Shown one piece after another: positions 27,388 through 41,802 of a stretch of 64,000 nt of DNA. Location of the stretch: assembly GCA_951406725.2 (NCBI GenBank), contig OX597834.1, forward strand, positions 45,198,001-45,262,000. The letters run 5' to 3'. The position numbers and the translations under genes were made by a program. Position 1 is the stretch's first letter, and each line of letters starts with the position of its first letter. Source of the stretch: Octopus vulgaris (lineage: Eukaryota). The notes under the pieces are model-generated. The model was not told the DNA's origin. It did not search any database and worked only from the letters and a program-made list of their open reading frames with translations.

Positions 27388-28725
27388 TTCTTTAATTCTT
27401 TTATGCATTTCAGCCTGAAGGCTGTGGCCGTGCTGGAGCACCGTCAATATTATCACTTCTTCAATGGCGATTCTTTTGTTGTTGGCTTCCATTCGGAGAA
27501 GGAAGGAGTGCAATATTGCTGCCGTCCTTTGAGATTTTTGTAGTGATATATGTTCCTTTTGAAACTTGAGCAGCAGAAGGTCCATTCTTTTTTCGTGAAA
27601 GCATGTATACCTAATCTATTTAGATCTCTCAGATGTTTCGTCAAAGTATTAAGTTGCTGTGAGCCTTTGAATCCCAAGGTATTGTAGCACATGGTCCTCA
27701 CTCTGGGACATTTTGAACACATCTGTGACGTCTAGTGCCAAAGTTTGGTGCCAACCTCTCTAAGATGACCCCTTCGCATATCCTAGCGTATTCACCCCAC
27801 CCTATCTTCGCTCCAGGGTGTAGAGAAGTACCTCTTGCAGTCTCTTCCAGAAGTTCAACTGTTCCATTTATGCAATATTTCTCGTGTTGCACGGCTGAAC
27901 TGCCTCACGTTCTGCTATTAATTTAGTCCAGACACCAAGAAATAAATGTCCTCCATAGAACCAGTATAGTCTGCTGGTCTCTTGCTCTGATAGTTCCCAG
28001 AATCCACTCATCTATTTATTAGCACATTACCACCATCTATGTGGTATGCAGCTGAAACGAGGTGTTGTCTTTCATATCAATCGTCAGATCATGCACCGTA
28101 CTTATGTCTGCGACTGCCGCTGGATTTTGTTCAAACTATTGTTGTTGCTCCATGTTAGCACAAGCTAGCTGATGGCGGAAGGTTTGGAATTTTCCTGCTG
28201 TCTTCTTCTGCTCTTTTATATATCGCTTCTAGGTCTTTCTGTAGAAGATAATCATTGAGAGCTTCCTTGATTGCTTGTATTATTTATGTGTCTTCAGCAT
28301 AGCTAGAAAGTGTAGCTGTCTCTGTAACTCATGGCATGTTCCAAAGAGGTATCTTAAATAGTAGTGGCTTCAAGACAGTTCCCTGAAGCACTCCACTCAC
28401 TACAACTGTCCCTTTGGGGAGGGCGCCATTGGTAGCCATCGCTTGGCTTCTGTGGTTTAGGAAATCATGTAACTACTCTCTCAGTTTTCCTATTATGACG
28501 AATCTCCGTAGCTTGTGACATATCCCATGTTAAACCTTCTCACAAGCCTTTGTAAAGTTAAGTTATATCACGTCCCCATTTCAGCGATTCATTGGTTGTT
28601 TCAACGGCCACTCATAACGCTTCAGAACTGTATAAGGTCGCTACATCCTGAGCGGAAACCATGCTGGGTCTCGGAGAGTAAGTCACTCTCTTCGAAGAAC
28701 AGGAACAAGGAGCTTGATGTTTCCT
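27388..28725 (-). pseudogene. 5'-truncated CR1-group LINE: RT domain through to the 3' tail
   Basis: Broken frames give SDLLSETQHGFRSG, LHDFLNHRSQAMATNGA..VVSGVLQGTVL, SYAEDT (YADD motif), ILERLAPNFG and NTLGFKGSQQLNTLTKHLRDL. It ends in ggtgctccagcacggccacagccttcaggctgaaa. Confidence 0.85.
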
Positions 28726-29383
28726 AGCAAGAAGTTATGAAAGCTGTCATCAAGGTTGGTTAATGATTCTTCCATGTCTTTGAGGCTCTCTTCAAATGAG
28801 TTTCTATGCTTTGGAACATCTCGTGGACGATAATTTGTATATTTTTACCAGTTTTATCCCTTTTATGTGTATTACCCGTGTGTTACAAAATGCGTTTGAG
28901 GGTGAGAGCAGGGACTACAGGCGTAGTGTGGTTGTACATTGCAATTCCTGTCATTTCCAAATACAACATCCTTTGGTATGTGTATCTCAGCTTCTGGCAA
29001 ATCAACGTTCAGCTATGCTTCTGTTAGTGCCAAACATATTGATTGATTGCAGGTAACTAAATGTCTCAGGTATGAGGATTTGCATTAGAGGCACTTTACA
29101 TGGCCACAGACATTCAGAGGCAAAATACTAGTGTGACATATGCTGTCGGTGGTGCTCAGTGCCCTCAAATTTGTAAAGGCGTCACAGGTTGCCACCCTGT
29201 GTCTGTTGATATTGTCTGCAGTTGTGTAAGTTTGGATATATTTATAAATACTGAAACACTCACACTAATAAATGGAAATATGCAAATATATAAGCAGAAA
29301 TATGCAGAAATATGCAAATATATACGCACACACACACGTGTAATCAAATATAGAAATATAAACACGTACACACATATGTATGC

Positions 29384-29414
<31 letters not shown>

Positions 29415-29488
29415 CATACATATATGGACGTGCACGCACATATATGCAAATACATACATTCATGTACAAACATGCCGGCACTTACATT

Positions 29489-29519
<31 letters not shown>

Positions 29520-29535
29520 GCATACACGTACTCAC

Positions 29536-29563
29536 CGTACAAATAGTCATATAAACTGTTTAC
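29536..29563 (-). CDS. Candidate 28-nt micro-exon (phase 0-1, VNSLYDYLY)
   Basis: Acceptor gatttcttattgtttAG and donor ACG|GTGAGT. Only the phase-0 frame is stop-free. Confidence 0.35.
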
Positions 29564-30189
29564 CTAAACAATAAGAAATCAGAAGACATTACATGTGTAT
29601 AATTAGCAGCTGTGTTTGAAATTTCAGTGTTTTCTTGACAACGAAAATAAACACGTTGTTTCCATTTGTCTAATTTCTACGCTATTATTTTCATATCTTG
29701 CACTCAAATTGCATCAAGAACAAACATGAAGAGTAAGAAAGGGGAAGAGCAGAAGAAACATTTAAAAGTTTGATAAAATCTAGCAAAAACACATTCATGG
29801 AATATCTAAACTTCTTCTTTTTAATTCGTACGCGTTCATTTTCAATGGCTGCCTTCAGTGCACTGACTGTTATCAGGTTTGTGCCGTATACTTTATATTT
29901 TAATTATCCATCATATTTTGATTATCCAATATTGATAAAAATAATTAAGACTGTGAGACTTTATGGACCCGGTTAATATTCTCCTGAACATTTTTGTTGT
30001 AATCTACCTGCTTGCCAAATTCTTGCTTGCTCAAGAAATTCGTTAACGAAAGTGTATTAGGCGTGGAAATCAGGTTATATTCATTCCATATATACAGTAC
30101 TTTGCATCGTTTTATTACGGATTGGCCCTTGTATTGAGATCGAAAGAGTGAGAAATATGTGAAGGTGCCGTGCTTTGGAGCATGGCTGT

Positions 30190-30363
30190 TGCACTCTATT
30201 TCACATTGCTCCAGTTCCCCCTTAGATCAAGGGTTTGTTGGCCTGCTCGTGTAGCCATCGGGATGGCGTCATATCAAGGCTAAAACAATACAAAAGCACA
30301 TTGTGACCAGCGATGTGTAACATCTCATAGCTTGGTCAGTCACGTGATCACTTGATCACGTGA
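30190..30363 (+). mobile_element. SINE 3' remnant ending in cacgtgat-like repeats
   Basis: ggcctgctcgtgtagcc...ggctaaaacaat...cattgtgaccagcgatgtgtaa...cacgtgatcacttgatcacgtga. Family recalled from octopus repeats. Confidence 0.5.
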
Positions 30364-30979
30364 GTGACAAATATACACATATAAATGCACAAATTCATTT
30401 TATTTCATCAACACTCGTATAACTCACCACTAAACATCATTATTAAACGGTTCAGGCAATGTTTTTCGCCTCAAGAAAGCAACATTATGAAGTGAATATC
30501 TCCATTTTCATTCCCTCTATCATAAATGCAACGATGGAAGTTCAAATTGCATATCAGCAACAGAGTTATAACCAGCCTTTGTGCGCTAATATATACGTTT
30601 CATACATATATAAACTGACAAGACAAGCTAGCTTAACCCTAGGCAACCGGGTGAGAGCCACTGGCGAACATTAATCAAAATGCGAAATTACTAGTAATGT
30701 GACTATGCCCCGGATGCTGCATGGAGATTGCCTCCCTTGTCAGTCATAAGATAAGTTTGTTCGTGTGGCTAAGAGTGGTTTTGACACTTATTTCTAGCAA
30801 TTCTGGTGCTAGCTAGTACCGTTATCCACTTTAGTGAAGTCTATAGTTCTGCCTTTCTGTTGTAAATTTTGAATAAGCCACCTTTATTATATGTGTGTGT
30901 GTGTGTTTCTAAACACTGAGAAAAGTTCCGAGACGCGTTAAATGTTATATACATACACACATGTCTATATATATACACG

Positions 30980-31032
<53 letters not shown>

Positions 31033-31853
31033 TTTAAACACAAAGAAACACGTTTACGCTTTTAGCCCAAGTTGCAAATAATTGCAGATAATTTTATCAT
31101 AGGTGTTTATATATCTGAAAATAAGAAATATACGATTACGCTTTGCGCATAACAAATGTTCTTTTTAGTATTATAGTTTTCCTGAAAATATTTTGGGTTG
31201 TGTATTGAAAAGATGAGTTTGACATACATAATACAAATGGAAATGTGAGAGGGTAAAAAGTATCATGTCTTTGTGAGTATTTTGTACATAAAAATGGTTT
31301 TAATGTATATTTTTTATTGTGAATGTTGCGGTCAAAAGAGGGTTTGTTGAAGGAGAAAAAAACCTAAGTTATCGATTTGCGCTAGTGTTCATCGTACCAA
31401 ATGTTTTTGAGATATTTGCATATGTATACACAGTGCTTGATACTGTATAAATAGATACCTATACCGCTCGTGGTATTTCCAAAGCAAGGAACGAAACATT
31501 AGTTTCTAGGGCTTTCGTTGATGATGTACAAGAAACCTCTATAAAGTTACGTGTTGGTTCATATTTTCGTAAAGTGTTTCTTTAGACCAGAGAAGGTATT
31601 TTAAGAAAAGGAAATATTTTTAAATAAATCATCGGGGAACACATAATAACACATTTTTTCTTTTATAAGGGAGGTGTTTTCTCTTCACAGAAATGGTAAC
31701 CTCCAGTATTTTTGCCATGTTGTAAATGATTATTGGTGGTGAAGTCATTGTTCTTGTTATCAGTCCAAATTAGATATGATGTATTAGTACACCCATCTAA
31801 AGTTCGTAAATCTCATTCTATCCAAGTACCTTTCAGAGGATTGTATGCATAGG

Positions 31854-31903
<50 letters not shown>

Positions 31904-31905
<2 letters not shown>

Positions 31906-32050
31906 CGACGGACTTCTTTTTGTTGTGGTCTACCAGATCCTTTCACTTGTCTTTGGTGGAAGCCTTTAAGTGAAGACCCTTGTCCAAGGTGACATACACT
32001 GAGACTGAAACCAGAAAGTCTTCCCTGGGAAGCTAGCTCCATATCACACA
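31904..32050 (-). mobile_element. Diverged SINE 5' half (family of 1026-1452)
   Basis: tacgacggacttctttt...tctaccagatcc...ttgtccaaggtgac...gagactgaaacc. Confidence 0.6.
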
Positions 32051-32695
32051 CACACTCACGTACACGCACACGCACCCCCACACACACGCACACACATACG
32101 CCTGTGTACGAATGCGCATGCTCGCGTATATATGTTTACGCATATTAACTTTTTCCAATGCATCTCGGTTACAAATGGATATTTATATTCCGCACGACCA
32201 TAATGTACAAATATTTGTATCGTATAAAAACGCTTAGGAATCATGAGCCCCTTAATGTATTTTGTCCTCTTAATGGTTAAATAGACAACAGCAATTTTTT
32301 CTTTTTGTGTACAACAACGTTTCATACTCGCACGCTCTCTTCACTCGTATATATGTAATATCATCGATGCGTTTATTGAATATGTGTAATCTACGAAACC
32401 TTGCGTTTACCTAATAGCAATCTTTGGCGATATATATTCACACAGCGAGCTGGTTCATAATTATAACACACATACAGACACACACACATACATTCACGCA
32501 CATATCTACATACTTGTATGTAGGCGGATACGCGGATATATCGTGCAGAATACGATGATAGAATGGAAGTAGGCCATTAGTTATTCTGTACAACGGCCAT
32601 TCTAAACAAATTTATATAGGCCGCGATTTGGGGTTCTCGGCGCTTTTTAAATAGTTGCCACAAATACGAATGACTTGTTGAGTTGGTAAATAATC

Positions 32696-32728
<33 letters not shown>

Positions 32729-32776
32729 CATCATCATCATCATCATCATTATTATTATTATTATTACTTTTATTTT

Positions 32777-32809
<33 letters not shown>

Positions 32810-32864
32810 TTGTTGTTGTTGTTGTTGTTATTATTAATATTTAATATTATACGGTCTCTCTCTC

Positions 32865-32912
<48 letters not shown>

Positions 32913-33668
32913 TATATATTACATCTAAATGAATTTCACCTAGGTGAAAATTGCTTTTTCCCATGAATTTCCCATCAATTTCCATATAGCTTCTATAGCC
33001 CTGTGTCGACCAAATACCTCTGAGCGAATACGGCACGAAGAATCTGAAAGATGCCTTATATATATATATATATATATATTCTTATACACACGCATGTAGA
33101 TATGGGTATGTATGTATTTATATTATATATATCTACATACATACGTACATATGTATTCATATATTTTATTATGTATGTGTGTGTGTGTCTTTGAGTACAC
33201 CAGAACACCTATACATACATACAAGCACACGCATAAATGCAAATGCATACACCAATATATTTACATACGTGCGCGTATACATGCGCACACCCTATACATG
33301 CGCACAAGTACATACACACATATGTATATACATTCAAATAAATTCAGGTATATCTATCGGTGCAAATAGTTTTGTTATACGGCGTCGTATTTTACAATCC
33401 TGTAAATAATAATAATCGTATTTTTTATGTGATCACCGTGAAATGGCTAAAGAAAATGATCCAATAACGGGGTATATAAACCCTCAGACTATGTCGCATT
33501 AACAAAGTCATGTGGGTTCCTGCCCCACGCGGATAAGAAAGCCTTCTTTTTGTCTGTCGAGGGATTATTTTTCCCCTTTATTTCGAATAATTTCCCTAGT
33601 CATTGCCCGGTGATCGCCATAACCTGTAAGCTTATATAAAATTACACACACACATATATATGTATACA

Positions 33669-33743
<75 letters not shown>

Positions 33744-33996
33744 ATATCTATCAATCTATCTACCTCTCTATATATTCATATACATATATATATACATATA
33801 CACATACGCACTCACACACATACACGCACATATACATATATGTATACGTTTGTGCGTTTGTGCGTTTGTGCGTGTGGATGTGTGCATGTACACAGACGCA
33901 TAAATGCATACACAAGCACATGCACACACATGTACATACATATATACGTATTACGTATATATTCACATGTCTGCACAAACACCACCCCTGTCTTAC

Positions 33997-34134
33997 CCTA
34001 CAACCACGCGATCGATTTGCTGTTCACCATGAGGTATTTTCCAAGTAATTTTGGTCTCTGAAACACCAACATCAAACTGTGACACCGCGTGATCTTTCTC
34101 GGCCAATTGCAGTGCACCTTCCGGTAACAACAAT
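33997..34134 (-). CDS. Candidate internal coding exon, 138 bp, phase 2-2, LLLPEGALQLAEKDHAVSQFDVGVSETKITWKIPHGEQQIDRVVVG; product unknown
   Basis: Acceptor ttttcgccattttAG, donor GG|GTAAGA, length a multiple of 3, a single open frame, protein-like composition. Absent from the ORF track. Confidence 0.6.
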
Positions 34135-34599
34135 CTAAAATGGCGAAAATAAATTTAAGACCGATGATGAAAGTTTTATTTCTTTAAGAATATTTTGCTA
34201 CGAACAAATTATTTTTATCTCTTACACCTTATGCAGAATTTATTTCTCTTTCGAATGATGCAGTCAAATAACTATTTTTATACAACTTGAATAATTATTA
34301 TGCTAAATTAATATATTAATTATATCACATTACATTCAGTATTCATTCATGTACAGAGTGAAATGGTTATATGATTCACCGAGGGACTCATACAAAATAG
34401 TCAACCGAAAAAAGCATTCTATGCCTCCGACGGACGGAAGTGGTTAAGCGATATGTTAATTATATCATCACCAATGTCAATGGACCACGTGTATATCGAT
34501 GAGTGGAAACAGACGTAGTGATTCCGAAATAAGGGATGTCGTTAAATCCATTCTTGTCTTTATATTTATATATACCAACACAGAAAGAGGTTTTATGCC

Positions 34600-34666
<67 letters not shown>

Positions 34667-35452
34667 AAGAGAGACAGGCAGACATATAATATGAGGGATG
34701 TAGCTCACTTGTCATCTAAACGAATAGGTACGCTGTGTAAGTGCTAATTGTTATATATGGACATACTTTCTCGCTCTATATACACATTTACAAGATGAAT
34801 ACACCATTCAGAACACTGCTAAAATATTGCTTGTATCTTCCAGGGATTTTCACTAAAAACCTGTACCGACATGGAAGTACCGACCAACATCCATATCTTC
34901 GACTAAAGACTCTAAGGGTTAGCCTAGGTGTGACCGCTGTCCAAAGAATAAAACTAGTCGATGTCTCTAATTTCCCGGTTGACCTGCATTGTGTAACGAC
35001 CACCGTAGGCACCTAATGTGAGAAAAAGCCATCTCTTACATTACAGCCGATAATTACAATACTCACGAACTAAATTCAACATAACCACAACGGTGACAAG
35101 TTTACTGTCCGACGATTCAGACTTTCGAATATTCATTGTGTCGTTCTCTTCAAACAATTTCATATCATTTAAGACGAATTGTCTTTATTTAAATGCAGCC
35201 AGTTTAGCCACAAAACGAATTTATAGTTCATTGACTTTTAAATAGCTTCACAAATGTTAAAGTTGGCAGACTCGATTACAACGCTTTTGTCAACTACTGG
35301 CATTTGAAATACAATATAGCCTTTGCAAAGCTATAACGCTTTGAAATATTATTGTAGGAAATGTTGCTGTCCGTCAACCAAATTCCGCTCAGAAGGCTTA
35401 AGTCGGTTGGAGGCAATATTAAACGACACTCGCCAATATTACCACATATTCC

Positions 35453-35525
<73 letters not shown>

Positions 35526-35726
35526 GTTCGTGTGTGTAAACATATATGTGTGTGTATTATATGTATATTGATGATATAGATACAGGGACTAGCAAGCAGA
35601 TTTTCAAAATTCTGTTTCTAAGAAATAATGTTCATGATTACTGTAGTTCATCAAGTGTCGTAAACCTGGTGAGAAAACATAAAAAGCAAAATGTACAGCA
35701 TTAGTAAGAAGAAACAAATCCCTTCT

Positions 35727-35954
35727 TATTTCTTTATTACCCACAAGGGGTTAAACATAGACGGGGCAATCAAGGACAGACAAACGGATTAAGTCGATTA
35801 CATCGACCCCACTGCGTAACTGGTACTTATTTAATCGACCCCGAAAGGATAAAAGGCAAAGTCGACCTCGGCGGAATTTGAACTCAGAACGTAACGGCAG
35901 ACGAAATACCGCAAAGCATTTCGCCCGGCGTTTCTGCCAGCTCGCCGCCTTTAG
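35727..35954 (-). mobile_element. Nin-domain-like SINE with an 11-bp target-site duplication
   Basis: Reverse complement: aaggcggcgagctggcagaa...gagttcaaattccgccgaggtcgactttgcctt..atcctttcggggtcg...aagtaccag. AAATCCCTTCT flanks both sides (35716-35726 and 35955-35965). Confidence 0.85.
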
Positions 35955-36129
35955 AAATCCCTTCTGAGCATTGGAAAGTATGAAGGGAAACATAGCGTTA
36001 CCGTTTCATTGCTATAAATTAGCGAAAAGCCTATTATAAAATGGTTGAAGCAATTACGAAGTAATAAAGTAAAGTGTATATTTAGAAGCTGCAATAGAAA
36101 ATAAATAAAATAAAATGTAGTTCACTCAC

Positions 36130-36143
36130 CTTCGAATAATCAT
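36130..36143 (-). CDS. Candidate first coding segment ATG ATT ATT CGA AG (MIIR-R) within a putative exon 36130-36226
   Basis: Consensus donor AAG|GTGAGT. An in-frame stop lies upstream of the ATG. It ends in phase 2, matching the phase-2 start of exon 34134. Confidence 0.35.
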
Positions 36144-36829
36144 GCAGGGGTGAATAGATTTGGTTCAAAGGAGTATATAACACTTGGCGCCGAACAATGA
36201 AATATTGCAAAATACATAAACCTTTCCTAAAACTTTTGAAGTTTGAAGTTTTAAATATTAATAACATTTTAGATGTGAACTATGAAATTGTTCTGGAAAT
36301 TAATGATTCGAAATTGAAAATTGAAAATTAAACTTAAGAATAAAGGCGTATTTTTTTAAAATCATAATTACGGATTAAAAAATATATAAAGATAAATTAA
36401 ATAAAATTTAAATTAGGCAATAAAAGTAAGATTACAATGAAAACACACAAATAAAAATTTTGAATAATTGAAAAAGAATTGAAAAGTATTAATCAAAAAA
36501 TGAAAAGGTTAAAAGTGAAACGATAAAAAATACGAAAATTGAAATTAAAATTATTAACAAAATGAAGAAATTTAATTAAGAAATTTAAAAAAGAACTGAA
36601 TATAAGACGCTTAAAATTAAGATTAGTTTTTAAATTAGACAATTAAAAAATATCTAATTGAATTAAAAATTGACTTTAAGAAAGAAACGCATACACATGT
36701 TTAATACATATACCTAGATGCATACATACAATATACATACATACAAACATAAATGCATACATACATGCATACATACACACATTCATTCGTACATGCGTAC
36801 ATTCTTACATACATAGCTATGTCCATAAC

Positions 36830-37070
36830 TTTTACCACCGACCTGAGCATGATCGGTTTCCCGGACGTAACCTTAGAAATGGACACAGGTTAATTCGGTT
36901 CCCACAGGAAAGCCAATAAGGGAACTATATACGCCCACAAAACATCGAATGTTTCCTTCCGCTATAATTAGAAACTTTGCCGATTGGGAGATGTTTAAGA
37001 TTCCCCACCCGCCAACTACAACGATGCTTTGGCAAGGGATGGGCTCTCCGAGATGCTTTTGATGCCATCT
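36830..37070 (+). pseudogene. Penelope-like RT C-terminal fragment
   Basis: IGFPDVTLEMDTG.FGSHRKANKGTIYAHKTSN resembles the PLE motif FLDVTLNL.TG...PYRKPN....YIH..SNHP, followed by YNDALARDG. Confidence 0.6.
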
Positions 37071-37149
37071 GATGGTTTGAGAGTGGGTCTGTGGACTAGA
37101 GCTCGTGAAAGTCAGGATCCCCCTAGAGGGCAGCTGGTAGCAAAGCCTT

Positions 37150-38300
37150 CGCTTTTGACTTTTAGACATGTAGTAGGCTCAAGAGAGCTCTTCAGAATAA
37201 GCCGCCGTCCTACATTGAAGAACGAACACTTTCTGTTATCGTTGCCAAGTTTTGTAGCTGATGGTTTAACCGGTCCATTTCTCTTTCAAGTGCCATATGT
37301 GGCAAGAGTCTTGTTGTTTCTGTTTACTCCAATTTCTGAAAGAGTGTGTGCGGTTATTAAATCTTATTTTGAAGCTTCCTTGCGTTTGTTTCACTTATTT
37401 CTACGTAGAGATTACGTTATCAGGAATGTCCCTTTGACTGACTCTTCGTTTATAATGTGCTCTGTCTTACAGGCTCCTTTTAGTGGTCACAGATCTCAGT
37501 TCTTCCATCAACAGCTGTTGGTGGTGCCCCCCCCCCCTTTGCAATTACATTTTTAAAAGTAGCAGCAGCAGTAAAACTATTCTTTAATTTATTTATATTG
37601 AAAAGTTTTCTCCGTTTATTATTGCACGGACATACTAATATATTAAGGCACAAACCATTTTGCCTATATTAGTGAAAACATCTGGAGTGGAGGGTGGTCT
37701 GAACCAACTTACATTCTAGTAGTTGTTCCTTCTCCGCAGTGGACCCTTATAAGAAGTTCTCTTCAGAAGTCACCTGTCTTTAAGACATTGTTACATAGGG
37801 TGGTATCCTTGTCCAAGACTTCTCTAACTAAAGGTGATCCTGAAAATCCCCTTACTTGTCTTCCTCGCTAATTTTCTAAAATATAGAAACATAGATATCC
37901 ATGATGTCAAATTGTGTGAATCAAGCTTCTATCTTTTCTATAATGTTCTTCAACCAATCAATAACTTCCACTACGCTGGACCATTGCTAATCTTGATATT
38001 CCTCAGTATGTCCTTACCCAGTCCTATATCTTAATTGGACGTGTTGTTTAGCTTCCATTTAGTGTTACTAATAACGTTATTTTGTGGTCTTTGATGGTAA
38101 AAAAATCCTTTTGGTTCTATCTAGCTCTCTAACTTCAGATGAATGGAAATAAAATTCACTTCTTATTGATATTATTCCATACATGGTCTAGGTACCAGGT
38201 AAACTATCATAGGCAAGGTGTGATGTGTAATATAATCTAAACTTAGGGGTTTTATGTCTTTATCTGATAGAGTCATCTTCTTCCAAAGATATTGAGTTAT
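37150..38300 (-). pseudogene. Penelope-like (Naiad-type) element remnant: RT, linker and GIY-YIG endonuclease, internally deleted
   Basis: In order on the minus strand: FTIKDHK, VIDWLKNI..FTQFDIMDIY, WFRPP..VFTNIGK, KLFNINKLK, KCNCK, PLKGACKTEHII, HIWHLKEK. Confidence 0.7.
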
Positions 38301-39223
38301 AATTCTTTTGCCATAACACGCTATTTCTAAATATATATATAAATACATACACACATGCACACATATATCTATGTCTGTATATATATGCGTGTATGTTTGT
38401 GTGTGTGCGTATGTGTTTGGGTGTATCCAGGTAAGTATATATATACACATATATGCATACATATATGCATGCACACATGTATACATAAAAACATATATAT
38501 ATATATATATATATACCTACACACATGCACACACATACATGCATAAATACATATATGTACACATAACTATACATACATACATGCATATTCCTCACACTAC
38601 AAACGAGTACACCGGTTTTCGTCCAGTCACTTTGCTATTTCTTATTTGCACCAAGACTTTACCGAGTCACTTCATTGCCTCTCGAATTCCGTTTGGATTG
38701 ACGCTGCTTTTTTTTGTCTTCTTTATTAATTCTTATTCCCTTTCATGACTGAATATCTTTATAACAATGACGGTCTTTCTACATAATTTTCTGTTTCCCA
38801 ATATGTTTCTCAATACAGGATTTTCTTTCTGCAGAAATTTGAATTGTCAAGATAGAATTTGCTTTTTTTTCTTCTCCATGCTGTTATTCGCGTAGATTCA
38901 TTTACATCTCACCCCATGTACTGCGTGCGTGGAGTACACGGAAAACATGAATCACATACTACGCATCTTACTCACAATCGTATAGGATGATAATAGATTG
39001 CACAATATATTTATATGTTATATATGCATTTGTATATTGTATATCTGTGTGTGTACCTATGTACCTATGTGTATGTGTGCGTGAGTGTAAATATGTACAT
39101 ACGCATACTCACACGCGTGTATATATGTACATATATGTTTTACATATATTTAATAATACGCCTATATACTAATATTTTGAATTAATCTTCCTGTTTACAG
39201 TACCAAGCCTGTATGTGTATGAA

Positions 39224-39274
<51 letters not shown>

Positions 39275-39284
39275 ATATAGAAGG

Positions 39285-39335
39285 AGCTTCTACAGGACTA
39301 GTACTATTTCATTCAAGAGAAATCTTCAGGAAGCT
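39285..39335 (-). ncRNA. Minimal type I hammerhead ribozyme (copy with a U-G pair in stem III)
   Basis: Minus strand agcttc-CTGAAGA-tttctcttgaat-GAAA-tag(tactagtc)ctg-T-A-gaagct. Confidence 0.7.
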
Positions 39336-40025
39336 ATTTAACAAGAATTGTATTAGCATTTATACATTTAGGCAGGTTTAAAGGAGTGGTGGTGGGGGAC
39401 TTTTTTGGGGGTAGGCATAGCGCAAAATATCATACTTGGGGGAGTGGTCAAGGAGTCGGTGGTAAGTTAGATGAAAGAATAGATAAATAAAAAAATAAAA
39501 AAATAAAATAAAAAAATAAAAAAATAAAAAAATAAAAAATATATATAAAAAATATATATATATAAAAAAATATATATATAAAAAAAGGGGGGATAGAGTT
39601 ATAGGTAAATAAGGAGATTCTCACTTGTACCTATACACACATGTATACGTATCTACACACATATATATACTCATATATATATATATATATATACATATAT
39701 ATACACATATACATATATACACATATACATACATATCTACATACACACATACATACACCCGCCCACATATACAAATTTATACACATGCACATGCATATAC
39801 CTGTCTACACATACACACACGTATATATGCATACACTCACTCCCATGCATGCACGCATACACACATGTATACATATACACACGACCACACATACATATAT
39901 ACACAGAAAAATATATATTCATACGCACATACACTCATGCACCCACAACACACCTAGTTCCCTATATACACATATTTACACCTATATATACATACACCCA
40001 CATACACATATGTACATATATATAT

Positions 40026-40056
<31 letters not shown>

Positions 40057-40161
40057 CATATACACGCATACACATATATACATGTGTGCACATACATACA
40101 TATACACATATACATACACACACACATACACATGTGTACCTATACATACCTACACATACAC

Positions 40162-40212
<51 letters not shown>

Positions 40213-40605
40213 ATCCAATACAGGCCCATTCCCTAATTTTAATTTTATTATCTTCATTTATTACTTTTGTTATCTTTGATCGCTAGAGCTAAGGATCCTG
40301 GCTATGGCAGCATGTCCATTTGTCTGTCTACTAGAAGGCAAGTACTCATTCCCGCACGCACACTCATTAGCACGTACATTCACCCATTCGTACACTCATA
40401 CACATACACGTACGCACGCGTTATATTCATACATACAAACATCTACATACGTTCACGTATATACACATACGTACTCGTACCTACAGATTCGTGTCTACAC
40501 TTTAGGAGGCTAGTCTATACATATACACCAATAAATATACATATATATATATATACACATATACATACACACACACACATATACTCCTACATACAGATAC
40601 ATACC

Positions 40606-40659
<54 letters not shown>

Positions 40660-41386
40660 CATACACACACACACATATATATACACACACATACATACAC
40701 ATATATATACATACACAAACATATATACACACATATATATATATATATATACACACATACACACACATACATACATATACACACAAACACATACATACGT
40801 ATACATACATACATACATCCATACATCCATACTTACATGCATTTATACGCATACACCCCCCCCATCTATATATATATATATATATATATACACACTCACA
40901 CATACATATACAAATATACGCACACACATACATACATACACGTATACGCATACACGCACATACACATATACATGCGTACCCATACACGTGCACACACGCA
41001 CGTGCATCCATATATATACACACACACACACATATATACACGTGTGCAAGCATACATACATACTCATACACGCACACATACTTACATATACATATATGCA
41101 CACACTTACACACATATATACATACACATATACATGCATACATACATATATGCATACATACACATACACGCACATACACATATACATGCGTACCCATACA
41201 CGTGCACACACGCACCCGCATCCATATATATACACACACACACATATATATACACGTGTGCAAGCATACATACATACTCATACACGCACACATACTTACA
41301 TATACATATATGCACACACTTACACACATATATACATACACATATACATGCATACATACATATATGCATACATACACACACGCGCA

Positions 41387-41446
<60 letters not shown>

Positions 41447-41620
41447 CACACATACACATACATATACATACACACATACATATACATACACATACACATA
41501 CGTACATATATATATATATATATACACATATATACACATATACACATACATATATACACATATACATACATATACATACACACACATATACATATATACA
41601 TATACACTGATACACATACC

Positions 41621-41664
<44 letters not shown>

Positions 41665-41761
41665 TATACACATGCATATACTTATATCTCTACATACTCA
41701 CATATAAACATATATACATATACACACACATATATATACATGTACATACACATACATATAC

Positions 41762-41802
<41 letters not shown>

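Noticed and set aside
32940-33043. Apparent minus-strand exon (FFVPYSLRGIWSTQGYRSYMEIDGKFMGKSNFHL) in phase with exon 33997
   Set aside because: Its right half and acceptor are a diverged copy of the SINE body (tatagcc..g.cgaccaaa...ctgaaaga.gcc before (TA)n). Exonisation cannot be excluded without RNA data.
34788-35016. Unique block with ORFs on both strands and possible acceptors
   Set aside because: No consistent acceptor/donor pair with a convincing frame and no recognisable motif.
36280-36690. Strongly A-skewed tract
   Set aside because: No periodicity, termini or ORF; treated as low-complexity DNA.
37029-37556. 175-aa plus-strand ORF
   Set aside because: Mostly the antisense of the Penelope GIY-YIG remnant.
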